Position numbers and translations under genes: made by a program. Below are positions 11,688-24,900 of a stretch of DNA of 64,000 bases, piece by piece (position 1 is the first letter of the stretch; each line of letters begins with the position of its first letter). The stretch comes from Antedon mediterranea (Eukaryota; Animalia; Echinodermata): NCBI RefSeq assembly GCF_964355755.1, contig NC_092672.1, positions 32,370,437-32,434,436 of the forward strand, given 5' to 3'. The notes under the pieces are model-generated. The model made no database searches. It was not told the origin of the DNA and worked only from the letters and a program-made list of their open reading frames with translations.

Positions 11688-14279
11688 ATGGCGGTAATTG
11701 CAATGGAAGGAAGGGTGAGCCTCCGATGGTTTTGTCAGGGGGCTGGGACATTTCTCATACCGTTTGCTGTCGATTTAGTTAAACCAACGGAAAGTAAAAT
11801 AAATAATTTATACAGTGAATACAAATTAATGGGCATATTACTTTATGTTGCAGTAAATTACGTGTTGATTTTTGTAACCCTAAAACGATATGCCAGCCAG
11901 GTAAGTTCATGATGGACCATTCCACGACAACGTACGTGTCTGTCGGGCGATCAAAATATATTTAGGCCTAGGCCTATACCTTACTTCACTTTCCGAGGTC
12001 GGCCTAGGAATAAACATTTCGGATTGCATTGCATTTACTACTACTACCACTAGGCTAGCCTCTCTAATCTAACTCACTCAGACCTAGTAAGTGGGCTACT
12101 GTTACTAGCCTAAAAAGTGCAGTATTATAAAAAAGATAGTGAGATTGAGTTGACCCAATACTGGAGGAAAAATAGGCCTACTAGGTCTAGGAGGCTAGGG
12201 TCTAAATAATCCCCAGCAAAAAGAAAATCAGAAAATGTATGTGTTTACCGTTAATTAAATTAATTAAAATTTGATCAAATTAAATAAGATTTTTAACCAA
12301 ATTTCCATCGTATGTAAATACAACTTAGGCCTAAACTGAAATCATTTCAAATTAATTAAATTATTGATTAATTATTTCATCTTCAGATAGCCGTAAGAGC
12401 ATGTATGCTCGGGGTGGTATTTGGCTTAGGCCTAACACTAGGCATTCAACCCACCTCATGGAGGATATTTGGCTGGTACTGGTCTCTACTTAGCTTCTTC
12501 CACTTTTCAGAATATTTCTCAACATCTATTTATAACTTGGAGAGTTTAACGCTTGAGTCGTTTCTACTGAGTCAGAGCGTTGCATACTACTTAGCAGCCA
12601 TGGCAAGCTGCTCAGAATTTATAATAGAAATATACTTTTTTCCTGGTAAGTTTATGGTAATCAAAGCATAAAAAAAACCAATCTCTATAGATTTTATAGT
12701 TATTTTTGTACATCATCATTTCAGCCAATGTCAGCTCACTGCAGGGCAAATGCCTCCTGAAGCTGAACCCATCCTTTTCTGTCCTGTACAATGCCATCCA
12801 GAGCAAATGCTACAATCTCAACAAATATAATAAAGAAAGGAATTCTAATTGGAGACCAATACTTTACATTATAGACAAAAAAAAACTTGGAGAAGATTGA
12901 AGCTATGTTGTGATTAAGAAAAAAGCACATGTGATTTGAACTCTGACCCTAACATTACCATCAACCTATAACTATTAAATATATTTTCTTATTTCAGGTT
13001 TAAAAAATTACTGGTATATAAGTTATTTTGGTCTACTACTAAGTATTGTTGGTGAGGTCATGCGGAAAGCAGCCATGTTGACTGCCGGTAAAAGTTTTAA
13101 TCATTATATTCAATTCGAGAAGGCCAACGACCATCATCTAGTAACGCACGGGCTGTATTCCTGGTCACGGCATCCAGCATACGTTGGTTGGTTTTACTGG
13201 AGTGTAGGGACGCAGGTATAAACAATTAATTTACTTTTAAATGATTTAATTTAAATAAATTTCAGATAAATTACAAGTTTAAATGCCGAAAGAACTGCAG
13301 CACAAACCTATAAACAAAAGTCTAGTTCAAAGGTGATCATTTAGCTTAATATTGGTAAAGAGAAAAATATTTGGCACACATGGAGTGTCATACCTATACT
13401 TGAGCTACAGTAGTTGAAAAAAACATCCACACATCCTCTGGTGGCGCTATTTAAAAAGGAACAATAACTAGAGACTTCTAAGTTACCTATACGCACAGCC
13501 CATAAATAAATTTTAAAATAGTGGCACACATGGTGTGTCATACCTATACTTCAGCTAGTCCATCAAAACACCTTGTGGTGGTGGTGGCGGCTAGTGTATT
13601 TAAAGAGACTAGAGACTTCCAAGTTATCTAAGCAGCCTATAAAAACTGTCATACCCATATTTAAGCTAGTTATAAATATAAACAGAAACAATACATAGAG
13701 ACATGTGGCAGGTCAGGGAAAAATTTCATTTAAAAATTTTGTTTAGCAAAATTGCTAATCAAACTGATTGTTGAGTCGAGAAACATAGTTTTGTATTGCA
13801 TTTTTTGCTACACAATTTGCGAAATGTGTAGCAATAAGGTTGTTTTGTATAGCTTTTTGCTATGCTACACTGGCGAAATTATTCCCTGCAGGTCTACTAA
13901 AGCTCTGTCTACACTATCATACTTGTCATATCACACCATATTTGGGCACATCACACTTTTTTTTTGTCAAACTAGTTTGATAGTGTAGACAGAATCAGAG
14001 AATCTCGCTTTTTCCTGGTCTACTAAACAAAAAGCTGAAAGAATATATAAATAAACTTATATTAATATCCTATTTTCTCTGTATTTTTTTATTTAGATCA
14101 CGCTATGTAATCCATTGTGTTCGATAGGCTTTGCGTACACATCTTGGAAGTTCTTCAAAGAACGTATAGAAGACGAAGAGATCACGTTATTAAACTTTTT
14201 CGGGGAGGAGTATCTTGAATATCAAAAAGAGGTACCAACTCGTCTCCCCTTCATATCGGGATATAAACTACAATACTAG
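11688..14279 (+). CDS. ICMT: Protein-S-isoprenylcysteine O-methyltransferase, 290 aa; join(11688..11900,12387..12645,12998..13215,14097..14279)
   Basis: Motifs FFHFSEYF, SFLL, GEVMRKAAMLTAGKSFNHYIQ, HHLVTHGLYSWSRHPAYVGWFYWSVGTQ, LCNPLC, WKFFKERIEDEEITLLNFFGEEYLEYQKEVPTRLPFI. All introns are GT-AG with consistent phases (0,1,0). Confidence 0.96.
13371..13670. repeat. Degenerate tandem duplication (about 150 bp, 2+ copies) in ICMT intron 3
   Basis: tggcacacatgg.gtgtcatacctatactt..actagagacttc.aagtta.cta at 13372 and 13522, with a partial third copy at about 13647. Confidence 0.7.
13714..13888 (+). mobile_element. MITE with CAGGGAA termini and 5-bp TSD (CAGGT)
   Basis: caggt|CAGGGAAAAATTTC...GAAATTATTCCCTG|caggt. 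An inverted homologue lies at 35697-35869. Confidence 0.85.
13900..13993. mobile_element. Short copy of the AGCTCTGTCTACACTATCA-TIR MITE
   Basis: taa|agctctgtctacactatca ... tttgatagtgtagacaga. Confidence 0.75.
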
Positions 14280-14791
14280 AACATAAAAGAAGTACCAACT
14301 CGGCTACAATTCATATTCGGATATAAACTACAATACTAGAACAGGAAAGAGGTACCATCTTGGCTACAATTCATATCGGGATATAAACTACAATACTAGA
14401 ACATAAAAGAAGAAGTACCAACTCCGCTACAATTCATATCGGGATATAAACTACAATACTAGAACAGGAAAGAGGTACCAACTTGGCTACAATTCATATC
14501 GGGATATAAACTACAATACTAGAACATAAAAGAAGTACCAATTCGGCTACAATACTAGAACAGAAAAGAGGTACCAATTCATATCGGGATATAAACTACA
14601 ATACTAGAACATTAAAGAAGTACCAACTCGGCTACAATTCATATCGGGATTAAAACTACAATACAAGAACAGAAAAAGAAGTACCAACTCCGGCTACCCT
14701 TATAGCAGGATACAAATTGCAATACTAGAACATAAAAGAGGTACCAACTCGGCTACCCTTCATACCAGGATACAAATTGCACTACTAGAAC
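14224..14791 (+). repeat. Tandem repeat of about 60 bp (about 9-10 units) made from the last ICMT codons and stop codon
   Basis: Unit aaagaggtaccaactcggctac(aa/cc)ttcatatcgggatataaactacaatactagaaca. The first unit is the real CDS end. Confidence 0.92.
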
Positions 14792-16865
14792 ACTTTTATA
14801 TATGAACATTCGTGCAGCCATTCTACTGAACTATATTCCACTAATTTGTTTTTATACTTTATTCCAGAAATTCATTTTTGAATTTAAATTAAGATTAATT
14901 AACATTGCAAAATATTTTGTATATAGCTAAGTTTCTATTGTCAAGAACAAAAATTATGTAATATTTGTTTAGTCAGGTTATTCATAAATTCTCTGTATCT
15001 GGACATAAAATAATTGTAAGTTATTTTTTTCTGATCTTCATTTTATTTCATTTCAATAAAGAAAACTTAATGAGGAAAAAACATCAGAGAGGTATAAATA
15101 ATATATGAATTATATAAAACACATATTAAAATTAATATATTGGATCATAGGATAATATAAAAATAGTCATGTCCACATTTATGCAAGACCATAGCCAGGA
15201 AGGGTTTAAACTCATTTTCCTGAAGTGCCCATTTCAAACTAGAGATTAGCAGTGAAATTACTGTATGATAAATACAGTATTATGCCTAACTAGCCTAGCT
15301 CATGAAGATTTCTGCCCCTTTTGTAGAAAAACCTGTAACAATCCTGGCTACAGACTTGATTTATGGATAACTATGGCTGAAAATAAATAGGCCTACAATA
15401 CACTTTTTTTAATTTAGTAACCAATGTATATTGTGTATAGCGCCATCTAGTCATAGCGCTCTCAAGTCCTTGGGAAGTTAGCAAACATTTTTTTTTCTAG
15501 AATATTAATGTAGAATTTAGTTTGATTGATTTCAATTGAGAACTATGTTATATAGTTTTTCCGTATTTTTTTTATTTAGACTATTTTAAAAATTGAGTTG
15601 GTCATCACTCAATGACCAAGCATTCATTAAGTAACATTAATTCCAAGGGTTTCCTAATCGAATACACCAAAGCATAGATCTGATCACATGCACAGATAAT
15701 GTTGATGTTATACAGGTATACATTATTCAACATTCAGTCTTTTACAAGAATTTACATTAATCGCAAAAATAGGTGGACATAACAAAAGATTTTCTTAATG
15801 ATTTTCTTAATTACATATAATATATAATGAAGAAATAAAACTATGTTATGTTTTGTGAATACTGTAATTTTAAAGAAAAAGTTGTTTTTAATATTTTTTT
15901 TCTTTGATCAGATTAAGTGAAGTTTACTTTTTCGATACTTGTTGTAAGGACCAAACATAATAAAAGATAAAGAGACCATTTGAAGTACAAAAACATTCAA
16001 ATTTATTGTCTTAAATAGTGAAAAGAAATATATATACTTTATACATACATCAATGTATATATTTGGTTTTTGTAACATGACCATTGATTGGCTGGTTCTA
16101 CAGAGTTGGTATATTTATGACCAATCATGAGAGGTAATTCATTTAATACACAAAACCTGATTTGCAAGTGAGTTGGCATTCATTCACACTAGTTAAAAAT
16201 GAATTTAAATGTAGGTTGACATGACATAAGCACCCATTTACACTGGTGAAATGGACATTGTGCTATAGCCATGTTATTACTGGCCAAAGGTCGCAAGTAT
16301 TGGTCAGCTGTGAGCAGCCTGCCACACTATCCTCAATATGCTGACAAATAATACCAATTTACATGGCTGAAGCTTAACTGTAGAACAAATTCATATATTT
16401 AAATTTACAGGTGGTTGGAATGGATTGTACATACAGGTGGTTGAAGCTATAGGCACAGTCAACCATGGCACGGTCATCGTTTGGAAATCAAATGTTGCAT
16501 ATTGACAAGGTCAACCAAACTAACACTGGTTTTGTCTTTCAACACAACAAGGCAAATGGTCAACTGTCCCGATAGAAAATAAAAGTATTTTTTACAGTTA
16601 ACAAAAACATGGAATCATGTTCAATGCATTTACAAGAATCTACAGAAATTACAAAATGTATGGTAATGTGTTTCATGAAAGTAACAAACTGGCCAGCAGA
16701 CAAAATTAAACTTATTAAATAAACAACATTTTTAATTACCAATTTATGTACAGCACAAAGTGTGAGAAATTGCTTCAAATGATTTATCACACATTCGGAA
16801 AAAAGTAATCAACCATTTAGTTCAAGGAAACGACGTAAAAAGCACCAAACACGGAGAAATTGTTA

Positions 16866-17094
16866 TACAGTAAAACCTTTAGGACCCAATAGAGTGTGCC
16901 CTCTATAGAGTGTCTCCTCAATAGAGTTCCCCTTAATAGAGTGTGCCCCTTTAATAGAGTGAGTGTGCCCTTAATAGAGTGAGTGTGCCCAGCCTTAATA
17001 GAGTGAGTGTGCCCAGCCTTAATAGAGTGAGTGTGCCCTTAATAGAGTTCCCCTTAGTGTCCCTTAATAGTCCCCAAAGAAAGTGTTCTACTGC
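16866..17094. mobile_element. Tc1/pogo-type MITE remnant with internal (cccttaatagagtgagtgtg)n repeats
   Basis: TACAGTAAAACCT left end and degenerate TTCTACTGCA right end. Related ccttaatag..gtgtcc pieces occur at about 21180-21430, 23485-23557, 32625-32720 and 52670-52790. Confidence 0.55.
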
Positions 17095-18415
17095 AAATTA
17101 TTGCAAATATATACTGTACAACAAAAAACAATGTTCAGTATATATTCAATAAGTTCCCTTTGCTGATCACAATTTTAAACCAGTTTACACTAGACGTAGA
17201 CCAGCCTAGCATAAACATTATTGACAAATGTAACTTCATTAAATATAATTTAAATTGTTAAATGTTATATTTTAATTAGCACACTGTTAACTGTTGCCAT
17301 GGTTTCCGTTTCTCAATCCTCGTTTCAAAAAATATTAATGTGATTTTTACATGCATGTAGAATAGTATTAACAACTAATAATATTAAATTAATTTCAACC
17401 TAATTTCAGTGTGTAAAATGGTTTTTCTAAGTATTCCATTATCTATTCTGTAGAATATTTAATATTGGGTTAGTTTCTAATAACTTATAATATATATTAT
17501 ATTCTATTAATTTAACTGTGCATTTATACATTAGTTGACAAAATTAGGGAAATATTCGTATCAAAAAAATATGGGCACATCACATTTTTTTGTCACATAA
17601 AGTTTGATAGTGTTGACAGAGCTTAAACTGTTTTGAATTTTCTGAAGGTTTTGAAGACCTAAAACTTTTTTGTACGTAAAGTGCATACTGAAATACCCTT
17701 AGCCTATGTCTATGTCTGGTGAATATGGCTGCTGCCAACTCTAAAAAAAAAAAAAAAAGAGGCATTTTTGGACCAGTATATTTTTGTTGTTGTAGAAGAT
17801 GTGACTGGCAAATATTTGTTTACGAACATTCAAAAAATGAAAACAAGCAATGCCATTTCACAGAAACTGTAAAAACTTTTATGAAAAACTAATCAAATAT
17901 TTACAGTAGATTCTTGGCCTGTTGCTCGTTCGTTAAGCACTTGCTTAGCGACCTGGAATGAATGCTAGACAAAGTAATTACAGAAAAGTTACGTATGTAC
18001 ATATTATACTTTATAACAACTCACTCTCTTTACTTGCAATTGCTTTAAAAAACATGGGAAATTTGCAAGACGGGCAACAAAAATGTTTATTTTGGCCTAT
18101 ATTTAGAGTTAATTATACATTAGCGGCAAGAATTGTCGTAACTATTTATAAATTTAAAGTAAAAAAAAATTTATTTTTTAGTAAATCTGTCGATATAATT
18201 TCTGTTACAGATACAAAAAAACAGATTGCTTTATAGTGAATAAATTTACAACTCGCATTCATATAATATGATGAGTTGTTTATTTTAGTAAAGTTGTTGA
18301 ATTTATTATTAAATGAAATAAAAGGGGACTTGCAAAAAAATATGTTGCACTTGTTGCACTTGTTGCACTATGTTGTTTGACTCAATACTTGAGTAAAGCT
18401 GCAGTTTTCAAATCT

Positions 18416-18692
18416 TTGTACACCACGAGAACCATAAACAATTATTCTCGCACCCTTGTGAGATTGTCTTGCATACGCGAGAGTTACCTCATACACCGAG
18501 ATTGTCTCGCACAGAAAGATTTGTCTAGTGAGGTATATAATATAACCCATGGCAAATATTGTACACCACGAGAACCATACAAAATTATTCTCGCATCCTT
18601 GTGAGATTGTCTTGCGTACGCGAGAATTACCTTATATACTGAGATTGTCTCGCACAAAAAGATTTGTCTTGCGAGTTATTTAATATAACCAT
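18416..18692. repeat. Two tandem copies of a unit of about 143 bp downstream of the RCC2 stop (likely 3' UTR)
   Basis: ttgtacaccacgagaaccata..gtgagattgtcttgc.tacgcgaga..gagattgtctcgcaca..aagatttgtct..taatataacc at about 18417 and 18560. Confidence 0.85.
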
Positions 18693-18985
18693 TGACTTCT
18701 CACAATCAGTAAACATGATCGTGATGTTTGTTTCACATTTTCCATGTTTGATAATTAGAGATCAGTGAGATAGTCTCACAATGATTTTGTCTGACATGGC
18801 CTGTGAGATTTTCTCACAATATCAGTGCAAAATACTCACATACTCAGTTGAATTTGTCTCACATAATCAATGAAACACCCGATGTTTTAAGAAGTTGCAG
18901 AGATAACACTCCCATTTACAATTGTGTTACAATACACAAATTGTATTTGTGAGAACACCGACCATATCTGCGAGAACACCGTCCT

Positions 18986-21900
18986 CTATTGTGTTGGAGA
19001 GAACACTGGTAGCTTCTGTACCTTTTCTTTGTCCTCTTCTTTCTCATCGTCTCTAGCAATCATCACAGTGTGACCGAACCCACAAGCCACGCTGTGTATG
19101 AAGATCCCCTCCACGGTCTTGACCTCCTTTGCGCAGGTGGAAGAGCGTGGTCCGTTCTCGCCGTAGCCCAATTCTCCGTATGTTGGTGATGGGCCCCAAC
19201 TAATTAGGCTCTCATCTGCCGCTATTACGATAGAGCGATTGCTAAGGGAAGAAAAAATAGAAAAGTTAAAATTTATATGTATACAATTTTGCTTAATCAT
19301 AAATTATTCTATATATAAATATTATTTAATATTATATTTAATAGTTTTTATACAATAGTCAGAATCGGCGATTCAAATCCGACCTAGTCATGTGACTGGA
19401 TAGTGGGTATCTAATCACAATCTAGTGTGCTACGTTGTGGGGTTAGATTTTCTTTTATTATCCAAAACACATCGACTACCCTCCAGGACAATCAACATAC
19501 ATGTGCAGTTCAAAACAGCGACTATGACCGCTGCTTGCCGGGTGTTCGTTTAAATTTTATACCAAATATTACGCATCAACGATTGAATCTATTTTACAGC
19601 ACTAACGGCATGATAGTAAAGCTAGGCTAGATTATACTCTGGCCACAAGACAAACCTGCATCCTATGCTCCTTATGTTCCAACCAATAAGATCTTGTACA
19701 GGCTTAGGGTACATGGTTGCTTCACCTGTTGTCTTGGCTTGACCCCAAAAGAACAGCATACCTTAGAGGAAAATAAAATGTACACTTTGAACAAATCAGC
19801 TGTCAATATCCCAAGTTTACTTGAGAATAAAGCGTGGTTCCCACTAGTGACGCAACACAACGACGTAACTCAAAGCAAGTGAATTGACCAATCACAAGCA
19901 ATGGCTTATTCGCTTATGATTGCTAACTGTCTATAACTTCGCTTGTCATTGGTTAAAACGCTTGCATTGCGTTTACGTCCTTGCGTTATGTTCTAGTGGG
20001 AACCAAGCTTAAAATTCATTAAGATCAATGCATTGTATATTTACAGCACCAATCTGCATCGAAAATAGTCCTACACTAACTGTTCTGATAAGCATAACTT
20101 AGATGAAAATAAAATGTACACTTTAAACAAATCAGCTGTCAATATCCCAAGTTTACTTGAGAATAAAGCGTGGTTCCCACTAGTGACGCAACACAACAAC
20201 GTAACTTAGATGAAAATAAAATGTACACATTGACTGCCAATATCCAGAATAAATGATCAAAATCAGTGCATTGTACATTACACTGTACATTACACTGTAC
20301 ATTACACTGTAGCTTGTAAATAAGTCTACACTGCATTGGTGCTAATACACTGCAAACCCATTCTCTACAATCAATTTCCAGACTAAAGTAAATTCTGGGT
20401 TATGAGGCATAACTGATTGTGGGTCACAAGTGGCAAATTAGCCTATGTTATATATACCCACACCCAATAAGTTTCAAGGCACTATGGTGCAAGATCAGAC
20501 ATAAAATTTATGATCAAACTTCAACAAATAAAAACGTTGTTTGGTCACTATACCTTGCTGTCTATGTTAGGTAGGCCTAGCATAGAGTTAAAAATGCTAA
20601 TTCAAAGTTAATATTTCTTCTCGAATGTATATCACTTGTTAGTATTTTGTATCAATAAAAAAATATGAAAATACATTCAACTTTCCCAATACCGTCGGAC
20701 ACCTTTGGGCCAAATATGTCTGGTTTTCTGGGAAAGTCTGGTTTTTGGAATGTGTTTTTAATGATAAAAATAATATATTGGTATTGGGAGAGTTTCTGGT
20801 ATTGGGAACTGTATACAATGTTAGTACGATACTTACCCGTCTCTGTTATAGCCATTGAGTATGCTGACCCACTATGGATGCTTTTTACACCTCTATTTGG
20901 CATATCAAAAGGCTTTAATAAACGAGGTACTGGTTCATTCTTTGGTCCTTGATGGCCCAGGCGGCCATAGCCACCAAAACCCCATGTGAACACACGCTTC
21001 TGGATGTCTAGAGCAACCTACCAATTGCAAACAGTGTAAATAAATATCCTATCAAAAAATATGATTTCTAAAAGATTGAAAAGACAGTTCTTCATGAAGA
21101 ATCTGTATAAGGTATCCTCTTTAAAGATGGTGAATAAATATAATAAATGTTTAAATAAAATATAAATCATGCTATTATTAAGAGGACACATTCAGGACCA
21201 AAGAAAGTGTCTCCTTAATACTAATAGGGGTGTCCCTTATTAGTGGTTGGCCATAGTGAATGCCCCTCATAAGTTTCATTGGATCTGGATCTGGATGAAT
21301 ACTGGCGAAGGACCACATGGGTATATGCGCCAGGGGGTGCGTCTCTCGGTGTGCAAACATCATACTTAACTGAATTTGGAAAGTGTCCTCTTAATAGGAG
21401 CATCCCCAGAATAAGGGAGTCCTAAAGGAGGAGTTTTTGTATACACACAATACTCTTAAAATTACTAATAAGTGGAGACAAATATTCACTCACAGTATGG
21501 TTAACACCACATACAACATCCTTTATCAAAACCCCAGTCAGCGACTTCACTTGACCTTCACGAGTTCGTTCTATATACACCTGGATTCGTTTTGGAACTA
21601 GTTGGCAGTCAAAGGTCACTTTCTTGGACGTTACAAAGTATTGGCCATCATTATTGTGACCTGTAAAAATATAAAGAAAACAAGTTAAAGAAAAAAAGAG
21701 CACATCTCTGTATGGTTACAAACCAATCATCATTGTGATGGCTTCCAATATTTCAATTCTGAATTTGGGGTTGTGACACATACTATCACAACGTTACTTT
21801 ACCTAATTGACTGTATTCTGGATGGCCGAACGAGTAGAGGCGACCTTTGAGGTCAAGAACCATACTGAAGTCACCGCCACATGCTACCTTTGTAATTGGC

Positions 21901-24900
21901 TGACCATCGTATAGAATCTGAAAACAACAACCAATGACAAACATGTTAAAATAAGCATGACTTCCAATACTCAATTGTAAATGTCTACGTAGGCCTGCCT
22001 TAAATTTACTATAAGACTTCAAAACATCCAATTGTAAATGCATACATAGACCTGACTAAATCCTTAGAAAACTCAAAACATTGAATTGAAATATTTTATT
22101 TATACTGGGCGACCTCTTCAGACTGATCTCCCAGAGGACCCAGTGGCTGTGACACCCTACTTGTCTTGAAAGATGTACTAGGTTCTTTAAAGTGCACATA
22201 AGCTAAATGTGTACACTGGATCTACGGTTTATAGTCCTTATCCGAGAAGATTCGTTCTACCACCAGAACCATGAGTGAGCCTCGATGTTATGGCTACGTA
22301 ATTACTGTTCCACTGTATTAACCGCTCGGCTCGGTCTCCCAATACTCAATTGTAAATGTGTAGATCTGACTAATTTTCTATAAGATTTCAAAACATTTTC
22401 CAATACTCAATTAAATTTGCCTATGTAGACCATGTAGTTATAATTTAGATCTAACATCAAAACATTTCCAAATACTAAATTGTAAATTCATACACAGATC
22501 TGACAAAAAGAAGTTGAAACAAGACAATGCAGTTTTGACAAACCTTCTGCGGTACACCAATGGACGTCTTGTCCTCTTTGTTTCCTTCACATTGGAATCC
22601 AAGACCAAGTTGGCCAAACTTATTCTCACCAAATGCAAATACTTCTCCTTCATCTGTTGGTTATAATAGATCATTAAAAAAAATATAGTAATAATCATTT
22701 TAAAATACGATACGACGATAGGTTTGAGGATGCAGTAGCATTCAAAACAACCATATTAACTTCATTTGCAGAAACTATTTTTAACTTTGTCGGTAGCCAT
22801 CCTAGCTTCTGATAGAGGCCTACATCCATGGGACATCTGTAAGCAAAGCACCTGATGTACTCACTTGTCAAACATAGAGTGTGATTACGTCCACACGCAG
22901 CTTCCACAATTGTGTAATCTTTTAGCGTTTCAATGACTGTGGGATTGTCTCTTCGTACCGCATCACCGTGTCCTAGTTGCTCCTTATCATTCCGACCTAA
23001 AACCACAAAAGAATTTTTATTGCAGAACATAAAAATAAAAATATGTAATCAAGTATAAATGCACAAAGAAATGCGACTTACCCCAACTCATAGCTAAGCC
23101 TTCTTCTGTGACCAGCAGAGTGTGACAAGCTACAGGGCCAGAAAACACTGCCTTAACGCGAATCCCTGAGAGTGCAGACAAGCGGTGAGGTGACCAAAGG
23201 TTGCGGCCACCGACTGGTGAGCTACCGGGCATTCTGGCATGCTTTGGTACCTGGCTACGCCCCGTCAAATCCCAATTGGTTCCACCACAAAAAAGTAGTT
23301 CTCCTGTAACTGTGGACCCCTTTAATCGCTGAAAATATAACAAAATAAATGTATTATTAAAACTACTTAATTGAAATCTTATAACAACAACATTCATTTA
23401 TTTATGAATCTAAGTCTATAGACATAAAATGTTAACTTAACAAATTGGGTCAAGCAATTTCAAGGGAGAAGTTTTAACACTATAAACAGCCTCTATTCAG
23501 AGGACACCTCTTATTATGGAACACTATGGTGTCCCCAAACAAGAATTGGTCTACTGCAACTTTCGTCATCATATTTTAGAGCTTTTATCCATTTTAGTAG
23601 AATGGAATATGTTAGTTTAGGCTGAGAGCAAACAGATCAAGTATTTTGTTTACATGCTTTGATTCATAGCAAACTTCTTTCACACAAATCTGAAAATGTT
23701 ATTTTGATGACAAAAATTATTGTGTTGAAAAGACAATTACATTATTTATAACATTTAATCATTATTAAATTAAGACACAAAACACATTTAATAATTATAT
23801 ACTAAAATTAGGGTGTTGAAAAGACAATTATATGATTTATAATCGTTATTATTATTATTATTATTAAATTAACAGGCACAGAACACATTTTAAATTATAA
23901 TTAATTAAGAAACAATAATTTAATTTACAGTAATAATGCATGTTTTAAAAGATGTACACATGAAATTATTTTGATATTAATTCTCATTTTAACATTTCAC
24001 TCGCTCTTACAGTGTTACCAAGTCATTATTTGTTAAACAGTTAAATTTAAGAATAATTTTTTTACTATTTAAAATAAATGCTTGTCTGGTTATATCTACG
24101 GCCATGTTATTATCATAATGGCTTTGTTAAGTACATTTTCCATTAACTAGTCTTACTAGACCATGATCAGATGTACAGGGTTCGCTCGCATGTCAATGCC
24201 CTACCAAGGTCACGTCTGTTAAAATTCATTAATCATTACCCATAAAACATTTGTCTTATGAATAATTCGCAAGAAAATCTTTTTACTTCACACTCTACAT
24301 GTTCATATTGAACAAATTTGTTTACATTGATTGAAGATTTTTAATTTTCAAATAAGTTTAACCCGAACATCACGGTGACGAGTTTATGTCTAGAATTTAA
24401 ACTTGAAACGTGGTAAACAGAGGGTCTGCTAACAAGTTACGGTAGACCAGGATTTTTGTTACGATTTAAGAAGATTAAAGGATATCTAACGAATTACAGT
24501 AGAGAGAAAAACTTTATGCTTCTGTACCTCGCGTTAATGTAGTGCTTTAGTTAAAATCATGTCGCTATTTTCATTAATATTACCGTAAACAAATTACAAT
24601 AATTCTTTTTGTTCATAGAAGTATAACTTATTGTAATGCAAGAAATATATAACATTTATGATATTTTGAGAAATGAAATCTTCTGGTCATGTACATTTTT
24701 GTCCATTTCTCATGGAAATGCCCTGAAGACAATTTTGGTGTGTACGAAGGGAGCCTCTAGCTTACTAGCAAAGACTAACAGAGCCATGTTAAAGTCTCTG
24801 TGGTCTCTGCCCTAAAAACCCTGTTGATATTATTAGCATAGAAGGAAAAAGTTAAATTTCACTCTTCTCTGATAATATACAGATTACATTAAAATATTTG

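Noticed and set aside
14224-14791. Possible CRISPR-like array after ICMT
   Set aside because: Units are contiguous diverged copies of the ICMT CDS end, with no repeat-spacer alternation.
23495-23572. Minus-strand ATGATGA...CTGA resembling a C/D box snoRNA in RCC2 intron 1
   Set aside because: Most of the interval is a remnant of the gaggtgtcc/ttaatag MITE family, with no terminal stem or recognisable rRNA guide.
24155-24700. Possible TIR element in RCC2 intron 1 (catgatcaga / tctggtcatg)
   Set aside because: The inverted match is short and degenerate, and no TSD could be verified.
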